Shown: positions 28,670 to 34,119 of the stretch, piece by piece
How positions within the stretch are numbered: the first letter of the stretch is position 1
How the letters are laid out: the number at the start of each line of letters is the position of its first letter
Position numbers and translations under genes: made by a program
Assembly (NCBI GenBank): GCA_037444405.1
Contig: JBBIML010000031.1
Span: forward strand, 1 to 34,119
Length of the DNA stretch: 34,119 nucleotides
DNA from: Armatimonadota bacterium
GTDB taxonomy: Bacteria; Armatimonadota; Fimbriimonadia; Fimbriimonadales; GBS-DC
Direction of reading: 5' to 3'
The notes under the pieces: generated by a model
What the model saw: the letters and a program-made list of their open reading frames with translations, nothing else
The model's database searches: none
What the model was told of the DNA's origin: nothing

Positions 28670-28681
28670 TCGTAAGCCTCC

Positions 28682-28894
28682 TTATCCTGCGGATGCTGAT
28701 CGGCGTCGCTCGTTGAGAATGGTCTGGATGCGCGCAATGTTGCGCCGCGTGATGCGCATGGCGGCTGTGTCCTTGAGCTGGCGCACTGCCTGTTGCACGC
28801 GCAGGCGATACAGCTCGTTGCGCAGCTTATCTAACTCCTGTTCCAGCTCCTGTGTGGTCATGCGTCGCAGCTGGTCGGGTTTGAGCGGTTTCAT
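28682..28894 (-). CDS. rpmC: 50S ribosomal protein L29
   Basis: [22 protein letters not shown]; position after rplP. Confidence 0.95.
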   Translation of the reverse strand: MKPLKPDQLRRMTTQELEQELDKLRNELYRLRVQQAVRQLKDTAAMRITRRNIARIQTILNERRRSASAG

Positions 28895-29340
28895 GCGGTT
28901 TCACCTCCCGTAGCGACCGTACCGAGCTGGAAGTCGGCGCGGGTGACGATTCGGGTTTTGATGGGTAGTTTATGGCTGGCGCGTCGGAGCGCTTCGCGGG
29001 CGCGCTCTTCATCCACGCCGCCCAGTTCCAGGATGATGCGCCCGCGTTTGACGACGGCGACCCAGCCTTCCACGCTGCCCTTGCCGCCGCCCATGCGGGT
29101 CTCGGCGGCGCGCTTGGTGTAGGGCTTATCGGGGAAGACGCGGAACCAGATTTTGCCTCCGCGTCGGAGGTAGCGCACGATGGCGACGCGCGCGGCTTCC
29201 ATCTGGCGATTGGTCAGCCAGCAGGGTTCCATCGCGACCAGCCCGTAGTCGCCAAAGTGCAGTTCGCGGGCGCCTTTGGAGATGCCCTTGCGCCGACCAC
29301 GCTGCTGTTTTCTATACTTGGTTTTTTTCGGCATCAGCAT
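28891..29340 (-). CDS. rplP: 50S ribosomal protein L16
   Basis: [25 protein letters not shown]. Confidence 0.97.
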   Translation of the reverse strand: MLMPKKTKYRKQQRGRRKGISKGARELHFGDYGLVAMEPCWLTNRQMEAARVAIVRYLRRGGKIWFRVFPDKPYTKRAAETRMGGGKGSVEGWVAVVKRGRIILELGGVDEERAREALRRASHKLPIKTRIVTRADFQLGTVATGGETA

Positions 29341-29357
29341 AGCGGTTCACCTCGTTT

Positions 29358-30284
29358 TCATTCCTGGCTCGTGCCGTTTTCGGGGGTCGCGCTACTTTCG
29401 GGTGGTGGCGTGCCTCTGTCGCGAGCGCCACGGTTGCGCGAGGCGTTGCGTCCCTGAGCGTTGCCGTGCGATTGCGCCTGCGTGCCCCCACCGCCACCTC
29501 CGCCGCCACGCCCGCGTCGGCGCCCACCACCGCGTCGGCGGCGCGGTCCTGCGGGGCGGTCGGATGGTGTGGGGCGCGCCACGCGCGAGGGCGGCTCGAA
29601 CGCCGATTCGGGTGTGGTCACGGTCGACATCAGGATGCGTCGTTCGGTGGCGGGGATGTCGCCCTTGTAAATCCACACTTTGACGCCGATGGTGCCGTAG
29701 ATGGTGCAGGCAACGGCGAACCCGTAGTCGATATCGGCACGGAGGGTCTGCAGCGGCACGCGCCCGACACGCTCCCATTCGGTGCGGGCGATTTCCGCGC
29801 CGCCCAGTCGCCCCGCCACCATAATCTTGATGCCGCGCACATTGGCGCGTTCGGCGCGCGCCAGCGCCTGGCGCATCGCGCGGCGATGGGACACACGCCG
29901 CTCCAGCTGCTGCGCGATGTTCTCCGCCACCAGCTGCGCGTCGGTGTCGGGATTGCGCACATCTTCCACATCGATTCGAATCTCGGGCTTGCTGGGCGCC
30001 AGCGCTTTATGCACGGCGCGGGTCACCTCCTCGATGCCGTGCCCACCACGCCCGATAATCTGACCCGGTCGCGCCGCGTAGATAATCACCCGCACAATGT
30101 TCGCGGCGCGTTCGATATCGATGCGGGAGATGCCGGCGCTGTACCAGCCCTTCTTGATTGTCTGGCGGATGAGGTAATCCTCATAGACCAGATGGCGGTA
30201 CTGCGACTTGGGCGCGTACCAGCGGCTCTCCCAGTCGCGCGTGATACCCACACGGAATCCGATCGGATGAATTTTCTGACCCAT
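29358..30284 (-). CDS. rpsC: 30S ribosomal protein S3 with long C-terminal tail
   Basis: MGQKIHPIGFR, GRLGGAEIAR, PLQTLRADIDY. Confidence 0.97.
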   Translation of the reverse strand: MGQKIHPIGFRVGITRDWESRWYAPKSQYRHLVYEDYLIRQTIKKGWYSAGISRIDIERAANIVRVIIYAARPGQIIGRGGHGIEEVTRAVHKALAPSKPEIRIDVEDVRNPDTDAQLVAENIAQQLERRVSHRRAMRQALARAERANVRGIKIMVAGRLGGAEIARTEWERVGRVPLQTLRADIDYGFAVACTIYGTIGVKVWIYKGDIPATERRILMSTVTTPESAFEPPSRVARPTPSDRPAGPRRRRGGGRRRGRGGGGGGGGTQAQSHGNAQGRNASRNRGARDRGTPPPESSATPENGTSQE

Positions 30285-30680
30285 TTATGCCTGTTCCTCC
30301 CTGCTTGCGGGTGAAGGGGTGGCTTGTCGTCGCGCGGTGCGTCGCGGCTGTGCCATGAGCGCGCCCAGCTCGATGGTGATGTGGCTGGTGCGCTTGAGGA
30401 TTCGGAAGGCGCGTCCGCGATCTTTGGGCAGAATGCGTTTCCAGCGTGGTCCCTCGTCCACATAGGCGCGCGCGATGAACAGCTCGCGCGGGTCATAGCC
30501 CTCGTTATGCACCGCGTTCGCGATAGCCGACTGCAGCACCTTGCGCGTGAGGCGCGCCGCCTTGTTCGGCAGCTGGTTCAGAATCACCAGCGCCTCCTGC
30601 ACCGGCTTGCCCCGCACAAGGTCAATCACCAGTCGGGCTTTTCGGGGCGGAATGCGCACATAGCTGGCTCTGGCTCGCAT
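30285..30680 (-). CDS. rplV: 50S ribosomal protein L22
   Basis: PRKARLVIDLVRG, SAIANA, KRTSHIT. Confidence 0.97.
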   Translation of the reverse strand: MRARASYVRIPPRKARLVIDLVRGKPVQEALVILNQLPNKAARLTRKVLQSAIANAVHNEGYDPRELFIARAYVDEGPRWKRILPKDRGRAFRILKRTSHITIELGALMAQPRRTARRQATPSPASREEQA

Positions 30681-30684
30681 GGTT

Positions 30685-30972
30685 TTACCTCCTCACCTTC
30701 GAGGTGCGCTCGCTGGAGCCGGCGTGCCCGCGGAAGGTGCGCGTGGGCACGAACTCGCCCAGTTTGTGCCCGACCATCTGCTCGGTGATATAGATGGGCA
30801 CATGCTTGCGCCCGTCATGCACGGCAATCGTTAGCCCGATCATTTCGGGCACGATGGTCGAGCGACGCGACCAGGTCTTGATGGGGCGTTTCTGCGCTTG
30901 GGCAGCCATCGCCCGCACCTTTTTGAGCAGTTTCGGATCCACATAAGGCCCTTTTTTCAGCGAGCGTCCCAT
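30685..30972 (-). CDS. rpsS: 30S ribosomal protein S19
   Basis: RSLKKGP, TWSRRS, GHKLGEF. Confidence 0.97.
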   Translation of the reverse strand: MGRSLKKGPYVDPKLLKKVRAMAAQAQKRPIKTWSRRSTIVPEMIGLTIAVHDGRKHVPIYITEQMVGHKLGEFVPTRTFRGHAGSSERTSKVRR

Positions 30973-30984
30973 AGATACCTCCGT

Positions 30985-31809
30985 TTACTTTCGGCGTTTG
31001 AGAATGAATCGGCTGGTGCGCTTATTGCGGCGGGTTTTGACGCCGAGCGCGGGCTTGCCCCATGGAGTTTTGGGGTGGGGTAGCCCGATAGGCGCTTTGC
31101 CCTCGCCGCCGCCGTGCGGGTGGTCGCGCGGGGTCATGGCGGAGCCGCGCACATGGGGTCGGCGTCCCATCCAGCGCGATTTGCCTGCCTTGCCCCACAC
31201 CTCGTTCTCGTGATCCAGGTTGCCGACCTGCCCGATGGTGGCGCGGCAGTCGAGGTGGATGAGGCGCATCTCGCCGGAGGGCATGCGCAAAGTGGCATAG
31301 TTGCCCTCTTTCGCCAGGATTTGCGCGGCGGCGCCTGCACTGCGCACCAGCTGACCGCCCCGCCCCGGATAGAGCTCGATATTATGCACCAGCGTACCGA
31401 CAGGAATGTTGCGCAGGGGCAGCGCGTTGCCCGGCTGGATGTCGGCGTCGGGTCCGCTCATCACCGTTGCGCCGACGCTCAGCCCGACAGGGGCAAGGAT
31501 ATAGCGTTTTTCGCCATCCTCGTATTCCAGCAGGGCGATCCGGGCGGAGCGGTTCGGATCGTACTCTATCGCCACCACGCGAGCGGGGATACCATCCTTG
31601 TTGCGCTTGAAGTCGATGATGCGGTAGAGGCGCTTGTTGCCCCCGCCGCGATGGCGTGCCGTCACACGCCCCTGATTGTTGCGCCCGCCCGTCTTGCGCA
31701 AGCCGACGGTCAGGCTCTTCTCCGGCTCCGTCTTGGTGATCTCCTCATAGGTGGAGGTCACCATAAAGCGTCTGCCAGGCGATGTCGGTTTCCATTTTTT
31801 AACGGGCAT
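30985..31809 (-). CDS. rplB: 50S ribosomal protein L2
   Basis: [23 protein letters not shown]. Confidence 0.97.
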   Translation of the reverse strand: MPVKKWKPTSPGRRFMVTSTYEEITKTEPEKSLTVGLRKTGGRNNQGRVTARHRGGGNKRLYRIIDFKRNKDGIPARVVAIEYDPNRSARIALLEYEDGEKRYILAPVGLSVGATVMSGPDADIQPGNALPLRNIPVGTLVHNIELYPGRGGQLVRSAGAAAQILAKEGNYATLRMPSGEMRLIHLDCRATIGQVGNLDHENEVWGKAGKSRWMGRRPHVRGSAMTPRDHPHGGGEGKAPIGLPHPKTPWGKPALGVKTRRNKRTSRFILKRRK

Positions 31810-31824
31810 CGATAGTCACCTCGT

Positions 31825-32115
31825 TTAGACGATGAAGTCTTCAATCACCTGTCCGGGTTTGACCGTGACGATGGCTTTTTTCCAGCGTCGGGTGTAGCCG
31901 GGTCTTCGCAGTCCCAGCCGGCGCAGCTTCGGTCGAACCCACATGGTGCGCACCTTCAGCACATCCACGCCATAGAGCTGCTTGATGGCGGTGGCGATGT
32001 CGATCTTGGTGGCATCGCCCGCGACCTCGAACAGGTACTGGTTCTGCGTGGTGCGCAGGCGGGTGCCCTTCTCGGTCAGCAACGGTCGGATAATCACTTC
32101 GGTGGGATGTTTCAT
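31825..32115 (-). CDS. rplW: 50S ribosomal protein L23
   Basis: RPLLTEK, WKKAIV; ATG 32115 lies in the last 4 nt of rplD. Confidence 0.95.
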   Translation of the reverse strand: MKHPTEVIIRPLLTEKGTRLRTTQNQYLFEVAGDATKIDIATAIKQLYGVDVLKVRTMWVRPKLRRLGLRRPGYTRRWKKAIVTVKPGQVIEDFIV

Positions 32116-32741
32116 CGCGCCCACACCTCCTCCAGTTTCTGGATGGCGGCCCGGGTGGCAATCACATGGCGGGCAGGAATGAGTTCGTGTAATGCGAAAG
32201 CGGGTGCGATTCGCACCAGCACATTTGGCAGGTTGCGGAACGATTTATAGACCACCTCGTTGGGTTGATCCAGCAGGATCAGCACGCGCCCGTCCGTGAC
32301 CCCAAGTTGATTTAGAAATTGCACGGCGAGTCGGGTTTTGATTTCGGGGAAGTTCAGTTCGTCGACGATGCGCAGGGCGCCCGATTGGGCTTTATCGGTG
32401 AGCGCGGCGGCGAACGCCTGCCGTCGCTCTTTTTTGTTCACAGCGGGATCATAGTCGCGCGGTTTGGGTCCATGCACAACGCCGCCGTGTCGCCACTGGG
32501 GTGCGCGGATGGAACCCTGTCGGGCGCGTCCCGTATGCTTTTGGGGCCACGGTTTGCGCCCACCGCCGCGCACCTCGCCGCGGGTGAGCGTGCTGTGGGT
32601 GCCCTGCCGCTGGTGGGCTAACTCCGCCGTCACCACGCGATGCAGCACCGCCTTCTTCGCCGCGCGCTCAAACAGGGCGGGACTCAGCTCCATCTCCCCC
32701 ACGGGTTCACCCTGCGCGTTATAAACCGTTGCCTTCGCCAT
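32112..32741 (-). CDS. rplD: 50S ribosomal protein L4
   Basis: RQGTH, KPWPQKHTGRARQGS, GPKPR. Confidence 0.97.
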   Translation of the reverse strand: MAKATVYNAQGEPVGEMELSPALFERAAKKAVLHRVVTAELAHQRQGTHSTLTRGEVRGGGRKPWPQKHTGRARQGSIRAPQWRHGGVVHGPKPRDYDPAVNKKERRQAFAAALTDKAQSGALRIVDELNFPEIKTRLAVQFLNQLGVTDGRVLILLDQPNEVVYKSFRNLPNVLVRIAPAFALHELIPARHVIATRAAIQKLEEVWAR

Positions 32742-32752
32742 CCCTGTTCACC

Positions 32753-33622
32753 TCACTGTTGTTTGCTGGAGAGCTGTTTCTGCACATAGACGATGGAGCC
32801 GTTGCCGCCGGGCACCGCGCCCCTGATCAGCATCAGGTTGCGCTCCGCGTCGATTCGCACGACGGTCAGCCCGCGCACCGTGACGCGCTCGCCGCCCATC
32901 CGCCCTGGCATCGGCTTGTTCTTGAACACGCGCTGGGGTCCGGTGGCACCACTGGAGAGCGGTCGGCGATGGGTCATGGAGCCGTGCGTCATCGGACCGC
33001 CGGCGAACCCGTAGCGTTTGACCACGCCCGCGAAGCCCTTGCCTTTGGAGATACCCGTTACGCGCACGATTTCGCCCTCTGCGAACACATCGCCAGGTCG
33101 GATCTCCTGCCCCGGCACCGCCCGACCCGACAGGATGCGGAACTCCTTCAGGTAGCGCAGGGGCTGATCCAACCCCGCCTTCTTGAAGATGCCTGCAAGC
33201 GGTTTGTTCAGCTTGCGGCGCGGGATGCGCTCGAAGCCGATCTGGGCAGCGGCGTAGCCATCCTTTTCGGGTGTGCGCACCTGCACCACGAAGCATGGAC
33301 CCACCTCCAGCACCGTGACGGGGATCATGCGCCCCTCGTTGTCGAAGATGTGGGTCATGCCGCGCTTGCGCCCGATCAGCCCGCTCAATACGGGAGGCGG
33401 CGGCAACGACGGCTTCGGCGGGGCAGCAGGTTCGGGCGCTGTCTGCGCCGCAGGCTGTTCCGATGGCGCCGGCGCTTCCACCTGCTCAGTGGCGGCTGTC
33501 GGTTCGCCCGCTCCCGCCTGAGCTGGCTCGCCCGCTGGCTCCGCCGATGCCGGTGTGCCTTCCGCCGATTCGGGCTGTTCCGTCGCGCTAACCTCTTCCT
33601 GAGTCAGCTTCTCCTCGTTCAT
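32753..33622 (-). CDS. rplC: 50S ribosomal protein L3 with long acidic N-terminal extension
   Basis: GRKRGMT, DGYAAAQ, SKGKGFAG, GAVPG; GGAGG before ATG 33622. Confidence 0.95.
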   Translation of the reverse strand: MNEEKLTQEEVSATEQPESAEGTPASAEPAGEPAQAGAGEPTAATEQVEAPAPSEQPAAQTAPEPAAPPKPSLPPPPVLSGLIGRKRGMTHIFDNEGRMIPVTVLEVGPCFVVQVRTPEKDGYAAAQIGFERIPRRKLNKPLAGIFKKAGLDQPLRYLKEFRILSGRAVPGQEIRPGDVFAEGEIVRVTGISKGKGFAGVVKRYGFAGGPMTHGSMTHRRPLSSGATGPQRVFKNKPMPGRMGGERVTVRGLTVVRIDAERNLMLIRGAVPGGNGSIVYVQKQLSSKQQ

Positions 33623-33634
33623 AACGCCCTCCGA

Positions 33635-33943
33635 TCAGAGCTTGATTTCGATATCCACGCCGCTGGGCAAATCCAGTCGGCTCAGCGCGTCGATGGTACG
33701 GTTGTTCGGCTCAAGGATATCGATCAATCGTTTATGGGTGCGGATTTCGAAGTGTTCCATGCCGATTTTGTCGATGTGCGGACCGCGAATCACGCAGAAT
33801 CGGCGGATGTCGGTGGGCAGGGGCACGGGACCGCGCACCTGCGCGCCCGTGCTGCGCACCTGCTCCACTATCCGCCGCACCGACTCATCCAGCACCCGAT
33901 GATCGTATGCCCTCAGCCGTATCCGTATCTTATCGCGTCGCAT
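33635..33943 (-). CDS. rpsJ: 30S ribosomal protein S10
   Basis: [29 protein letters not shown] 33943 is better spaced from GGAGG than ATG 33949. Confidence 0.97.
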   Translation of the reverse strand: MRRDKIRIRLRAYDHRVLDESVRRIVEQVRSTGAQVRGPVPLPTDIRRFCVIRGPHIDKIGMEHFEIRTHKRLIDILEPNNRTIDALSRLDLPSGVDIEIKL

Positions 33944-33979
33944 AAACATCCGCCTCCTTGAGGGTTGCCGTACGGGGGT

Positions 33980-34119
33980 TTAGTCCAGGATGTCTGTCAC
34001 CACACCGGCACCCACCGTCCGACCACCCTCCCGTATCGCAAACCGCAAACCCTTCTCTATCGCCACCGGACTTATCAACTTCACCTCCATGTTCACATTA
34101 TCCCCCGGCATCACCATCT
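33980..34119 (-). CDS. tuf: Elongation factor Tu, 3' end (partial)
   Basis: Manual translation [45 protein letters not shown]. Confidence 0.97.
   Translation of the reverse strand, partial: MVMPGDNVNMEVKLISPVAIEKGLRFAIREGGRTVGAGVVTDILD

Overview
High-GC bacterial chromosomal window; gene content and order would fit a thermophilic Armatimonadota-like organism, but that is inference only. Left part (+ strand): ilvE, a small McsA-like zinc protein and fabD-fabG-acpP-fabF. Middle: a minus-strand Uma2-ccmC-ccmD-YfhO-like unit, a plus-strand PAP2 gene, and minus-strand smc and purD. The right ~20 kb is the minus-strand ribosomal superoperon from the 3' end of tuf through S10, spc and alpha to truA-rplM-rpsI. 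Main unusual points: (1) a family of short CCCTCACCC/CCCTCTCCC...GGGAGAGGG palindromic elements sits in frame inside proteins (twice in SMC, once in the YfhO-like gene) and also intergenically; (2) a second, GTRG-footed REP-like hairpin lies between two copies of a 29-bp duplication of the rplQ/truA junction, creating a 21-codon bridging ORF; (3) an EF-G paralogue splits the spc operon between rplE and rpsN and is followed by a candidate internal promoter; (4) an unannotated ccmD is largely hidden under the ccmC tail; (5) an HAF-repeat gene remnant lies between purD and smc. All calls were made by eye; no database searches were run.
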